NCBI GenBank assembly: GCA_905235065.1
Contig: CAJOJR010000003.1
Location: 1-63,249, forward strand
DNA from: an uncultured Bacilli bacterium
Lineage (GTDB): Bacteria; Bacillota_I; Bacilli_A; RF39; UBA660
Length of the DNA stretch: 63,249 nucleotides
Direction: 5' to 3'
The translations under genes and the position numbers were made by a program. The notes under the pieces were generated by a model. It made no database searches, was not told the origin of the DNA, and saw only the letters and a list, made by a program, of their open reading frames with translations. Positions 1 through 9,308 of the stretch are shown here, piece by piece (positions within the stretch are counted from its first letter, which is position 1; each line of letters starts with the position of its first letter).

Positions 1-530
1 GGTAACTCAAATTTTCTATCAACCCATTTAAGAAATCCAACAATCATACTTCTAAGAGGCTTCCATAAATGGCCAACCATATCAACTATATTATTTGCTC
101 CGTCAGTATGTCTACTTTTCTTATCTCTAATAGCAGCAACCCTTTTCTTAATATTATCAGATATAGTATAAATATTATCCTTTTCATTTACTTTTAAGCA
201 AGTCATAAATTCTTCACTTTGTTCATTAAATTCAGCTTTAGCAACAAAAGCAAAAGATATATCTTTATGCATATATAATGTTCTATTTTGAACGTATCTA
301 TTCAAATGAGGATATTTATAAAATATTTTACCTAATATCGTTAAAAAACCATGAAAATAAGTTACATCCTTGTTCTTTTCTTTTTCCTTTTTCATAAATT
401 TAACAAATTCAGTAACGTCTACTTTAGCATTCATATAAACTTCTGATTCACACCTATTAGGTTTTAAATCAAACATTATATTTTGCATTCCTGTTACATC
501 TTTAACTTTGTATCCATTTTTTCTACTCAT
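1..530 (-). CDS. partial CDS (N-terminal ~176 aa; 3' end outside the window), 2-oxoacid dehydrogenase acyltransferase catalytic-domain-like protein
   Basis: A minus-strand frame stays open to the window edge. ATG at 528-530 is preceded by AAGGAG. The translation MSRKNGYKVKDVTGMQNIMFDLKPNRCESEVYMNAKVDVTEF... resembles, from memory, the N-terminus of stand-alone E2-catalytic-domain proteins of clostridia. It is absent from the ORF track because it is truncated. Confidence 0.4.
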   Translation of the reverse strand, partial: MSRKNGYKVKDVTGMQNIMFDLKPNRCESEVYMNAKVDVTEFVKFMKKEKEKNKDVTYFHGFLTILGKIFYKYPHLNRYVQNRTLYMHKDISFAFVAKAEFNEQSEEFMTCLKVNEKDNIYTISDNIKKRVAAIRDKKSRHTDGANNIVDMVGHLWKPLRSMIVGFLKWVDRKFEL

Positions 531-600
531 AATCAAACTCCTTAAATCAAGTATATCACACATTTAATAATATTGTTAATTTAAAAATATTTTATCAAGC

Positions 601-626
601 AAAAAAGTCCGAACAATTGGACTTTT
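601..626 (-). terminator. rho-independent terminator downstream of rpsI
   Basis: Hairpin AAAAGTCC-gaacaatt-GGACTTTT. The A-run on the plus strand gives a T-run on the minus strand, 5 nt after the rpsI stop. Confidence 0.7.
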
Positions 627-631
627 TAATA

Positions 632-1024
632 TTATCTCTTACTGAATTGCGGAGCACGTCTTGCTTTCTTAAGACCATATTTCTTACGTTCTTTGCTTCT
701 AGCATCTCTAGTAATCATACCAGCGCTTTTTAAAGTAGCTCTTAATTCTGGATTATATTCCATTAAAGCTCTTGCAATTCCTAAACGGATAGCACCTGCT
801 TGACCACTAAATCCTCCACCTGTAACAGTTGCATCAACATCAACTTTGTCTAATGTTTCTGTTAATACTAAAGGTTGTTTTAAATCTATAACTAAAGTTT
901 CATGAGGCATATATTCATTAATGTCAATTCCGTTAACACTTATCTTACCTTTTCCTTTTATTAATTTAACTCTAGCTATACTTCTTTTTCTTCTACCAGT
1001 AGCAGTATAAACTGATTCAGCCAT
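632..1024 (-). CDS. rpsI: 30S ribosomal protein S9
   Basis: 130 aa with [19 protein letters not shown] and a basic C-terminus ...[12 protein letters not shown]. Overlaps rplM by 1 nt (TAATG). Confidence 0.97.
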   Translation of the reverse strand: MAESVYTATGRRKRSIARVKLIKGKGKISVNGIDINEYMPHETLVIDLKQPLVLTETLDKVDVDATVTGGGFSGQAGAIRLGIARALMEYNPELRATLKSAGMITRDARSKERKKYGLKKARRAPQFSKR

Positions 1025-1455
1025 TATTTAACCTCCAATACTTCTGGTTTTTGAGCAACTTGCTTATGCTCAGCACCCTCGTAAACAAATAGTTTCTTAA
1101 ACATTTGTCTACCTAATCTTCCTTTTGGAAGCATACCCTTAATAGCTCTTTCAACCATTTCAACAGGATATTTTTCTTTCATTTCTCTTGCTGTTCTTTC
1201 TCTTAATCCTCCTGGAAAACCACTGTGATTATAATACATCTTTTTATCTAATTTATCTCCAGTTAAATTAATTTTGCCAGCATTAATAATTATAACATTA
1301 TCTCCAGAATCAACATGTGGAGTATAAGTTACTTTATGCTTACCTCTTAATACATGAGCAGCTTTAGCGGCAACTTTACCTAAGTTTTTACCATCTGCAT
1401 CAATAATGTACCAGTTATGTAGAGCATCTTCTTTTCTCAACATAAATGTTTTCAT
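1024..1455 (-). CDS. rplM: 50S ribosomal protein L13
   Basis: 143 aa with [18 protein letters not shown] and MLPKGRLGR, all typical of uL13. AGGAG-type RBS upstream. Confidence 0.97.
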   Translation of the reverse strand: MKTFMLRKEDALHNWYIIDADGKNLGKVAAKAAHVLRGKHKVTYTPHVDSGDNVIIINAGKINLTGDKLDKKMYYNHSGFPGGLRERTAREMKEKYPVEMVERAIKGMLPKGRLGRQMFKKLFVYEGAEHKQVAQKPEVLEVK

Positions 1456-1567
1456 TTTAAATTTTTCTCCTTCTTATTAAAGTTCATATATACGCCTTCC
1501 CACAGCAATATACTCCCTTTCAAAATGTACCGCTTTTGATTATACTAAATAAGTATCTTTATGTCAA
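1456..1567 (-). promoter_or_regulatory. sigma-A promoter plus structured 5' leader of rplM-rpsI (possible L13 leader)
   Basis: On the minus strand, TTGACA (1562-1567), a 17-nt spacer and TATAAT (1539-1544). A leader of about 75 nt follows, containing GCGGTAC...GGGAG...GCUGUGGGAAGGCG before the RBS. Assignment to the L13-leader family is from position only. Confidence 0.5.
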
Positions 1568-1607
1568 TTAATTTTTAATTTATTTTATGCTATTACATAC
1601 AATTTTA

Positions 1608-1636
1608 TTGACAAATACACACTAAAATTATAAAAT
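1608..1636 (+). promoter_or_regulatory. sigma-A-type promoter for the 1673 gene
   Basis: TTGACA (1608-1613), a 17-nt spacer and TAAAAT (1631-1636). RBS GGAGGG lies upstream of the ATG at 1673. Confidence 0.55.
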
Positions 1637-1672
1637 TATGATATGGTAAAAAGATACGGAGGGTATTAATTA

Positions 1673-2749
1673 ATGGAAAATAAAAAAATTATAGCTATCA
1701 TTATTGGTGTGCTATCTGCAATATGTTTGGTTTTAGGAGTTATTGGTTTATTAGAAAGCAAAAAGACTCCAAAGATAGAACCAAATAAAAATTATCAAGT
1801 AACTTATAAGTATTACTTAAACGAAGTTGAAGTTGCTCAAATGCCTGTCAATCCTAAGCAAATAGTTGATGATGGCAGTTCTATTACTTCTAGTAACGAA
1901 ATGAATGTTGAAGAACTATATGAATTTAACACAGCTAAATGTACAAATAATGTTACATACACTTGGGATAAGGAAAGTTGGACATTTACTCCTTCAAATA
2001 CCGCTGATTCAACATGTAGTTTATACTTTGTAACAACTTACAATATAGTGAAAATTGAAGTTACAAATGCTAAAGTAACGACTCCTGCCGAAACGAAAGT
2101 AAAAAGAGGAGAAGATGCTGTAATTAAAATAACTCCTGATGAAGGATATGAATTTGAAAAAGCAGAGTGTTCAAATGAAAAAGAAGCAGAATGGGACAAA
2201 GATGCCAAAGAATTAATAATTAGAGGTATTACAACTGAAACAACTTGTAAAGCTACATTCTCAATGAGTAAATTCAGTGTTGAAGTTCAAGTCAATATGG
2301 GTTCTGGTTCAACTAAAGTTGAGTATGAGTATGGAAAGGCTGTTGAAATTAAAAATGTCACTCCTGCTGAAGAATATGGTAATCCAGATATAGTTTGTAC
2401 AAATAATCAAAAGGCTACATGGAAAGACAATTCATTGAATATAGAAAAATTAACTGATAACACTAAATGTTCAGTCACTTTTAAAAAGACACAATCTAAG
2501 ACTGAATATACAGCCACATTAATTGTTGGTGCCAATGGTACTATATTATCTGGAGCTAATCCAACTAAAGTTATGTCTGGCGGAACAGTAAGTTGGAATG
2601 TTAGAGTAGCAGAAGGTTATAAACCTGACGATATAACTTGCCGCGGTGGTAATGGTGATATTAAAGCTTCTGATAATGATTATATTGTAACCCTTAAAAA
2701 CGTCACAGAAGATGCTGAATGCAGTATAATTTATAAACAAGGCGAATAA
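1673..2749 (+). CDS. membrane-anchored surface protein with tandem InlB B-repeat-like (bacterial repeat) domains
   Basis: 358 aa. N-terminal TM helix IIAIIIGVLSAICLVLGVIGLL, then three to four units of about 70 aa with the pattern V..G..V.I...P.EGY......C.......W......L.I..(I/L)T.(D/E)..C...F. Confidence 0.6.
   Translation: MENKKIIAIIIGVLSAICLVLGVIGLLESKKTPKIEPNKNYQVTYKYYLNEVEVAQMPVNPKQIVDDGSSITSSNEMNVEELYEFNTAKCTNNVTYTWDKESWTFTPSNTADSTCSLYFVTTYNIVKIEVTNAKVTTPAETKVKRGEDAVIKITPDEGYEFEKAECSNEKEAEWDKDAKELIIRGITTETTCKATFSMSKFSVEVQVNMGSGSTKVEYEYGKAVEIKNVTPAEEYGNPDIVCTNNQKATWKDNSLNIEKLTDNTKCSVTFKKTQSKTEYTATLIVGANGTILSGANPTKVMSGGTVSWNVRVAEGYKPDDITCRGGNGDIKASDNDYIVTLKNVTEDAECSIIYKQGE
2039..2734 (+). 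repeat. three tandem ~70-75-codon intragenic repeats (aa 123-196, 201-270, 279-354), each with a conserved Cys pair
   Basis: The units end ...TTCKATF, ...TKCSVTF and ...AECSIIY. Each has an upstream Cys (AECSN, IVCTN, ITCRG). A degenerate fourth unit lies at aa 83-118 (AKCTN...STCSLYF). Confidence 0.6.
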
Positions 2750-2773
2750 AAAGATGTTATACATCTTTTTTTT
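2750..2773 (+). terminator. rho-independent terminator
   Basis: AAAGATGT-tat-ACATCTTT followed by a T-run, immediately after the stop at 2749. Confidence 0.7.
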
Positions 2774-2800
2774 ATATATTAAAAATGTTATATTATATTC

Positions 2801-3787
2801 ATGTGGAAAATTGGAAATATCAAAATTAATAATAGAATAGTATTTGCTCCTATGGCCGGAATATCTAATATAAGTTATAGAAAGATAATAAAAGAAATGG
2901 GAGCTGGCTTAATATACTCTGAAATGATAAGCAATATGGGGATTGTTTACAATAATAAAAAAACAATTAATTTACTCAAAATAGATGATTTTGAAAGACC
3001 AATCGCTATTCAAATTTTTGGAAATGATATAGATTCATTTGTTAAAGCGGCTAAATATGTAGAAGAAAATATACATCCGGATATAATTGATATTAATATG
3101 GGATGTCCTGTTCCAAAAGTTGCCATTAAAAGTCAAGCTGGCTCTGCCCTATTAAAGGATCCTAATAAAATATATGAAATAGTAAAATCTGTTGTTGATA
3201 ACACAAGTACACCTATTTCAGTTAAAATAAGAAGTGGTTGGGATGAAAGCCATATAAACGCAATAGAAGTTAGCAAAAAAATTGAAGAAGCTGGTGCATC
3301 ATTAATATGCATACATGCAAGGACTCGTTCACAAGGATATTCAGGAATTGCTGATCGTAAAATTATAAAAGAATTAAAACAAAATGTTAATATACCAGTT
3401 ATTGGTAATGGTGATATAAAAACTATAGAGGATGCCAAAAGGATGCTAGATGAAACGGGTTGTGATGCTATAATGATTGGTAGAGCTTCGCTTGGCAATC
3501 CTTGGTTTATTAAAGAATGTGTAGAATATATAGAAAATAATAAAGTAATAAAAAAGCCAACATATGAAGATAGATTAAATATGGTAATAAAACATTTTAA
3601 TTTATTAAAAGAAAACACTAACTTAAAACAAGCTTTACTTGAAATAAGAACACATGCCTTATGGTATATAAAATATTTACCTAATAATAAGGAATATAAA
3701 AATAAATTTAATCAAGTAAAAACAGAAGAAGAACTTATAAATATTGTTGAGAATTACAAAGATGAAATAAAAAATAGTTTGAAATAA
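2801..3787 (+). CDS. dusB: tRNA-dihydrouridine synthase
   Basis: 328 aa with FAPMAGISN, NMGCPVPKV, IHARTRSQ and MIGRASLGNPW, the Dus TIM-barrel signatures. Confidence 0.9.
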   Translation: MWKIGNIKINNRIVFAPMAGISNISYRKIIKEMGAGLIYSEMISNMGIVYNNKKTINLLKIDDFERPIAIQIFGNDIDSFVKAAKYVEENIHPDIIDINMGCPVPKVAIKSQAGSALLKDPNKIYEIVKSVVDNTSTPISVKIRSGWDESHINAIEVSKKIEEAGASLICIHARTRSQGYSGIADRKIIKELKQNVNIPVIGNGDIKTIEDAKRMLDETGCDAIMIGRASLGNPWFIKECVEYIENNKVIKKPTYEDRLNMVIKHFNLLKENTNLKQALLEIRTHALWYIKYLPNNKEYKNKFNQVKTEEELINIVENYKDEIKNSLK

Positions 3788-3793
3788 TTCAAA

Positions 3794-4570
3794 CTATTTT
3801 TTTAATATTAATTTTCTAGTTTCTTCTATATACTCTTCAGTAAAATTATTTAAATATTTATTTGGATAAAAAATTCTACCATCAAATTCAATAACGCTTT
3901 TAAAAAGTTCATTCTTTTTTAATAATGGATTTATTTTTCCACTCTTTATTTGTTGTAATAAATAATTTTCATCTACATCATATAATATAGAAAGTATTAA
4001 AGATGCTAAATTAGAATATGAACATGATAAATCCACTCTATAAGTAAACTCACCTGATGAGTCCTTAGAAGTCACCGAATCTATATCAATTACTCTTAAC
4101 TCATTTCCATCAGTCATTACATTTGATGCATGAATATCCCAATAAGAAATCTTATATTTTTCTAAGCCTATAAAAATTTCACATAATTTTTCAGATAACT
4201 TAATTTTTTTATTAAAAGATAATTTATTATTTAATAAGAATTCTTCTAATTTGACATACTCTTTTAAATATTCCATATCATACCCTATTAAATTATGTGT
4301 AACTACTTCATCTTTATATAATATATTATTTGGTATAACAAATTCTTTTTCTTTTATTTTTGATACTTCCATTAATACTTTTTCTTGGCAATCAATAACT
4401 TGAAAATTCGCAATATCAGATAGTCTGTTTTTTGAATAACTATTTAAATAAGGTTTTGTATTAAATATTTTTAATAATTTATCATCATTAAGGTATAGTA
4501 ACGCTCTTTTAGTCTTTATAAATTTTTTAAAATTTGATAATTCTTTTTTACTTATAACTTCAAATCCCAT
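3794..4570 (-). CDS. small protein-kinase-like / phosphotransferase (APH/ChoK-like fold) protein
   Basis: 258 aa. Catalytic-loop-like YWDIHASNVM (D-x-H-x-x-N) followed by RVIDIDS (the metal-binding D equivalent). No clear glycine-rich loop. Confidence 0.45.
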   Translation of the reverse strand: MGFEVISKKELSNFKKFIKTKRALLYLNDDKLLKIFNTKPYLNSYSKNRLSDIANFQVIDCQEKVLMEVSKIKEKEFVIPNNILYKDEVVTHNLIGYDMEYLKEYVKLEEFLLNNKLSFNKKIKLSEKLCEIFIGLEKYKISYWDIHASNVMTDGNELRVIDIDSVTSKDSSGEFTYRVDLSCSYSNLASLILSILYDVDENYLLQQIKSGKINPLLKKNELFKSVIEFDGRIFYPNKYLNNFTEEYIEETRKLILKK

Positions 4571-4683
4571 AAAACACCCTTTTTCTTAAAAGATATAATA
4601 TCACTATATATGAAAATTTACAATCAAATAAATTATTGTATTAGAAAAAATAGAGTTGTATAATAAATATTGAAGGAGGAAAT

Positions 4684-6070
4684 ATGAAAAAAAATAAGTT
4701 ATTTAAAATTTTAGCTATCACTATGTTAATTATTACTCTATTAACTTGGTTTATTCCAGCCGGAAATTACAGTGGAGAATTTGTTGATGGCGGAATCCAA
4801 AGATTAGGTTTTGTAGACTTTTGTCAATATTTGGTTTTACCATTCTTCCAATCAATGTTCATTGAGGTTCTACTATTCTTATTATCAGTTGGTGCCTTTT
4901 ATGGAGTTTTAAGTAAAACAGGCGTTTACAAAAATTGAAAAATTAGCTAAAAAATTCAAAAAGAAAGGAACTTTAACTTTAATTTTTATTGCTGCTTTAA
5001 TCGCAATATTATCTTCAGTAGGTGGATATGGGTTATTATTATTTGTATTCATTCCTATGATAATATCTATTATCTTACTAATGGGATATGATAAAGTAAC
5101 TGCATTCTTAATTACTTTCGGTTCAATGCTTATTGGTATCATGGGAGCAACTTTCGGTGGCATAGATTCAACATTATCAATGTTAAATTTAACTTATACT
5201 TCACAAATATTCTTCAAATTAGGTTTATTTGTTGTATCTTTCATTGTCTTTATACTATTCACTTTAAAGCTTGCTAACAAGAAATCTAAAGAAGAAAAAT
5301 TCGAAGATAAATTTTTAGGCACTGAGACTTCAAAGAAAAAACCAGTTGCTTTATGGATTGCATTTGCAATAGTATTTGTATTATTTATATTAGGATGCAC
5401 TAATTGGAATGAATCTTTTGGAATTGAAGTATTTAACAATTTCCATGAATGGCTAATGTCTATCTCAATTAAAGATTTCAGTATATTTAGTAATTTACTT
5501 GGCAATAGTACAATCGCACTTGGTACTTGGAGTTATTTCCAAATGTCAATTGTTTTAATTGTTGCTGCTTTAATAATTGCTGCAATTTACAAAGTGAAAG
5601 CTTTTGATGCAATTGCTGATGGTGTAAAAGTTATAATTAAACCAGCTTTATTAGTTGTATTTAGTTATTCAATATTAATACTAATTGTTAATAGTGGAAC
5701 GTTTATTACATTAATGTCTTATGTATTAACACCATTAAAGAAATTAAACGTATTAAGCGCAATGCTATCATTAATAATCAATATATTTGGTTCATTTTTA
5801 CATATTGAAATACCTTATGTTGCAAATTTCTATTTACCATATTTAGCAGGAACTTTCACAGAAAGTTATGCTCCTGCTATATTAAACGTAATGACACAAG
5901 CATCATATGGATTAACTATGTTTATTGCACCTACTAGTTTATTCTTATTATTAGGATTAACATATTTAGAAATTCCTTATTGTGAATGGCTTAAAAAAAT
6001 ATGGAAATTAGTAGTAGCTTTATTATTAGTAGTAATTATACTTATTATAATAATGTTATTAGTATTATAA
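4684..6070 (+). pseudogene. YfcC/DcuC-family (C4-dicarboxylate anaerobic carrier-like) membrane transporter, interrupted by a +1 frameshift at an A5 run
   Basis: The ORFs 4684..4938 and 5057..6070 are two pieces of one gene. Frame 1 ends ...GAFYGVLSKTGVYKN* (TGA at 4936-4938). Frame 2 is open from 4913 and reads ...KIEKLAKKFKKKGTLTLIFIAALIAILSSVGGYGLLLFVFIPMIISIILLMGYDKVT. The N-terminus LLTWFIPAGNY is typical of the YfcC family. Deleting one A from 4930-4934 restores a 461-aa ORF. Confidence 0.75.
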
Positions 6071-6080
6071 TTAATAAATT

Positions 6081-6109
6081 AAAAGTTCATTTTATAATGA
6101 ACTTTTTTT
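6081..6109 (+). terminator. rho-independent terminator
   Basis: AAAAGTTCAT-tttata-ATGAACTTTT followed by a T-run. Confidence 0.75.
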
Positions 6110-6168
6110 ATTGATTATTTTTATGATAAAAGCAACATTATAATCATAGGATATAAAAGGAGAACTCT

Positions 6169-8343
6169 ATGATTAAATATAACAATGAAGTTATAAAAAT
6201 TCTTAAACAAAGTGAAAAAGAAATGTATGAATTAAATGATTCTGTGGTTACAATAGATCATTTAATATTAGCAACTTTAAAACTTGAAAATAATGTAAAA
6301 AGAATTCTAAATAAATTTGATGTTGATTATAAAAAATATAAAAATAAAATGAAGAAGAATGAGAAGAATAATAATAAAAATAACCAGTTTGTTTTTTATT
6401 CTTTCGAATTTAAAAAAGTATTAGATTTATCATATGACACTGCAAATAGATATCAATCAAATGAAATAAAATTAGAACATATATTTATAACAATTATTGA
6501 TGAAAATATAGGATTAAATATATTAAAGAGTATTGATTTAAACTTAGAAAATTTTTATAAGGATTTATTAGGTTTATTTAATAAATCAATTAGCACCCTA
6601 TCAGATATCGGTACTAATTTAACATGGCTAGCTAAAAATAAAAAACTAAGTAATATAGTTGGAAGAGATAACGAAATCAAACAGATAATAGAAATACTGG
6701 CTAGAAAAAATAAAAATAATCCTATTCTAATAGGAGAAGCCGGAGTTGGTAAAACTGCTATTATTGAAGAACTATCAAGTTTAATAGCAAGTAACAACAT
6801 CCCATATTTTTTAAAAAATAAACAAATAATATCTATAAACATTTCATCAATAATAAGTGGCACAAAATATAGAGGTGAATTTGAAGAAAAACTAAACAAA
6901 ATTCTTAAAGAGTGCGAAAGTAGAGATGATATAATTTTATTTATCGATGAAATACATACCATAGTTGGTGCTGGTGGAGCAGAAGGTGCAATTGATGCAT
7001 CTAACATTTTAAAACCAGCTTTAGCTAGAGGAACAATAAAATTAATTGGGGCTACAACTATTAATGAATATAAAAAAACTATCGCCACTGATAAAGCTTT
7101 AGATAGACGTTTCCAAAAGGTATTAATTAATACGCCTAACAAAGAAGAAACATGCAACATATTGAAAAGCATAAAAAAAGAATATGAAGAATTTCATAAT
7201 GTTATAATAAGTGACAAGTTATTAAAAATAATAAGTGATTTATCTGATAAGTACATACTTGATCGCAATAATCCCGATAAAAGTATCGACATACTTGATG
7301 AAGCATGCGCAAGTACAAGTGTAATAAATGATTATAAAAGCATAAACAAATTAAGAAAAAAATTACTAAACATTAACAAAATTAAAGAAGATGCTATTAA
7401 AAATGGCAACTACTATAAAGCTGTAAAATGCAAAGAAGAAGAACAAAAAATTTTAAATAAAATTAAACTTATCACACAATCAAAAAAAGAAGTAAATATA
7501 AATACTATAATAGAAATAATTGAATCAAAATGTAATAGTAAAATATATGATATAGATACATATAAAACTTATGATTATTTAAAAATAAATTTAAATAAAA
7601 AAATAGTTGGTCAAGAAAATGAAATAGATAATATAATGAATAGATTAAAAATATTAAGTACTAAAAAAGATAATCTTCCTATTTCATTTTTAATAAATGG
7701 TCCATCTGGAACAGGTAAAACTTCTTTTGCAGTGGAATTTTCAAAATTAACCAATAGAAATTTAATAAAACTAAATATGAGTGACTATCAAAGTGAAATA
7801 TCAATAAATAAAATTATTGGTTCTCCACAAGGATATGTCGGATATGATGATAACAATACAGTATTCGAAGATTTAAAACTAAATCCAAATTCTATTATAC
7901 TTCTTGATGAAATTGATAAAGCAAATCCTCAAATCATTAACCTTTTTTCTAAAATTTTAGAAGATGGAACAATGAAAAATTCTAAAAATGAAACATTTAA
8001 TTTTAAGAACACAATCATAATTATTACTTCCAATAATAAAAAATATAAATCAATTGGTTATATAAATAATATACAAAAAGATGAAATTATATCAAACAAT
8101 TTTATTGATAAAATAAACTATGTTGTAAATTTTAACGAATTAAAAAAAGAATCTATTAAACAAATAATATTTAACTATTTAAAAGAATTTAACTATAATT
8201 ATAATACAAATATAGAACTTAATAATAAAGAAATAGAAGATATAATAAATCAAAGTTCATATAGAGAATTTGGAGCTAAAAATATAAAAAATATACTAAA
8301 AAATCATTTAGAAAAAGTATTTCTTTCAATAAGTTCTTTATAA
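6169..8343 (+). CDS. ClpC-type double-AAA+ Clp/Hsp100 ATPase (divergent, Asn/Lys/Ile-rich)
   Basis: 724 aa. Clp_N-like N-terminus. D1 has Walker A GEAGVGKTA and Walker B ILFIDEIHT. A short UVR-like middle region (YYKAVKCKEEEQKI) follows. D2 has Walker A GPSGTGKTS and Walker B ILLDEIDKA. Confidence 0.75.
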   Translation: MIKYNNEVIKILKQSEKEMYELNDSVVTIDHLILATLKLENNVKRILNKFDVDYKKYKNKMKKNEKNNNKNNQFVFYSFEFKKVLDLSYDTANRYQSNEIKLEHIFITIIDENIGLNILKSIDLNLENFYKDLLGLFNKSISTLSDIGTNLTWLAKNKKLSNIVGRDNEIKQIIEILARKNKNNPILIGEAGVGKTAIIEELSSLIASNNIPYFLKNKQIISINISSIISGTKYRGEFEEKLNKILKECESRDDIILFIDEIHTIVGAGGAEGAIDASNILKPALARGTIKLIGATTINEYKKTIATDKALDRRFQKVLINTPNKEETCNILKSIKKEYEEFHNVIISDKLLKIISDLSDKYILDRNNPDKSIDILDEACASTSVINDYKSINKLRKKLLNINKIKEDAIKNGNYYKAVKCKEEEQKILNKIKLITQSKKEVNINTIIEIIESKCNSKIYDIDTYKTYDYLKINLNKKIVGQENEIDNIMNRLKILSTKKDNLPISFLINGPSGTGKTSFAVEFSKLTNRNLIKLNMSDYQSEISINKIIGSPQGYVGYDDNNTVFEDLKLNPNSIILLDEIDKANPQIINLFSKILEDGTMKNSKNETFNFKNTIIIITSNNKKYKSIGYINNIQKDEIISNNFIDKINYVVNFNELKKESIKQIIFNYLKEFNYNYNTNIELNNKEIEDIINQSSYREFGAKNIKNILKNHLEKVFLSISSL

Positions 8344-8384
8344 AATGCTTATAAAGTGGTAAAATATAAGAAAGGATATATTTT

Positions 8385-9056
8385 ATGACATATTTATTAG
8401 TAGTATTAGGAATAATGATTTTACCATTACTTGCACAATTATATATTAACTTCACATATAAAAAATATTTAAAAAGTGATTCAAATAGAAATATTTCTGG
8501 ATTTGAAGTAGCAAGAAAAATACTTGATTCAAATGGTTTAAATGATATACATATAGTATCAACTCCTGGAATGCTTACAGATCATTACGACCCATCTAGA
8601 AACGTAATAAGACTGTCTACAGATATATTTGATAAAAATACAATCTCATCTGTATCAGTTGCAGCCCATGAGTGTGGTCATGCTCTTCAAAAAAAAGATG
8701 GATATCTTTTAATGAAAATAAGAACATTCTTGGTACCAATTGTTAATTTTTCAAACAAAATAGCATATATAATATTATTTATAGGATTTTTATTAGAATA
8801 TGCTGGATTAATTGAGATAGCTATTATATTAATGTCAACTGGAATTTTATTTCAACTAGTTACACTTCCAGTTGAAATAAATGCTTCTCGTAGAGCAAAA
8901 AAAGAATTAATTAGACTTAATCTAATTACTGAAGATGAGCAAGATAAAGTAAAAAATGTTCTTACAGCAGCAGCTCTTACCTATGTAGCTGGCTTACTTG
9001 CTTCATTATTAGAATTACTTAGATTAATACTTATAGTAAGTAATAGAAGAGATTAA
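8385..9056 (+). CDS. membrane zinc metallopeptidase, YugP-like (Zn_peptidase_2 family)
   Basis: 223 aa with an N-terminal TM helix, the HExxH motif AAHECGHALQ, and C-terminal TM helices. Confidence 0.75.
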   Translation: MTYLLVVLGIMILPLLAQLYINFTYKKYLKSDSNRNISGFEVARKILDSNGLNDIHIVSTPGMLTDHYDPSRNVIRLSTDIFDKNTISSVSVAAHECGHALQKKDGYLLMKIRTFLVPIVNFSNKIAYIILFIGFLLEYAGLIEIAIILMSTGILFQLVTLPVEINASRRAKKELIRLNLITEDEQDKVKNVLTAAALTYVAGLLASLLELLRLILIVSNRRD

Positions 9057-9086
9057 AAAAAGCACTTCAAAATGAAGTGTTTTTTA
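9055..9086. terminator. bidirectional terminator between the zinc peptidase gene and rpsR
   Basis: CACTTCA-aaa-TGAAGTG flanked by an A-run and a T-run. Confidence 0.65.
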
Positions 9087-9087
9087 A

Positions 9088-9291
9088 TTAACAAATTTCC
9101 ATAAATCTTGCTCTTTTAACTTGTTTAGCAATATATCTTTGATGAAGTGCACAAGCACCTGTCATTCTTCTAGGTAATATTTTACCTTTTTCATTTATAT
9201 ATTTACTAATAACTTGAGCATCTTTATAGTCAACTGATTTGCCAGCACACATTTGACAAATCTTTTTCTTTCTTTGATAAAATTCTGCCAT
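9088..9291 (-). CDS. rpsR: 30S ribosomal protein S18
   Basis: 67 aa with ILPRRMTGACALHQRYIAKQVKRARFM. Confidence 0.95.
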   Translation of the reverse strand: MAEFYQRKKKICQMCAGKSVDYKDAQVISKYINEKGKILPRRMTGACALHQRYIAKQVKRARFMEIC

Positions 9292-9308
9292 TTTCTTCTC
9301 CTTCCTAA

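Noticed and set aside
4936-4938. Possible UGA-to-Trp recoding (mollicute code 4) to explain the split transporter.
   Set aside because: Reading through the TGA meets a TAA three codons later. TGG is used for Trp throughout, and TGA terminates other well-defined genes such as the yibE/F-like gene. The code is the standard bacterial one.
6555-7172. A 205-aa minus-strand ORF inside the Clp ATPase gene. Similar antisense ORFs occur at 2546-2764, 3133-3618, 4909-5163, 5194-5505, 11927-12151, 12329-12583, 13190-13420, 13500-13682, 16198-16509, 17236-17448, 18031-18273, 18554-18865 and 20508-20780. Further examples are 20805-21041, 22823-23008, 23023-23415, 23825-24025, 26248-26517, 27490-27854, 28492-28692, 31086-31280, 31602-31784 and 32655-32843. 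The remainder are 33173-33496, 33753-34061, 34161-34385, 35070-35288, 40285-40563, 41951-42136, 42690-42923, 44326-44511, 48348-48623, 49832-50251, 50868-51050, 56559-56855, 59857-60042, 61177-61416 and 62605-62793.
   Set aside because: All lie antisense to, or out of frame within, genes that have strong conserved-family signatures. They translate to low-complexity Ile/Leu/Phe/Ser-rich peptides, lack ribosome-binding sites, and are the expected by-product of codon bias in an AT-rich genome.
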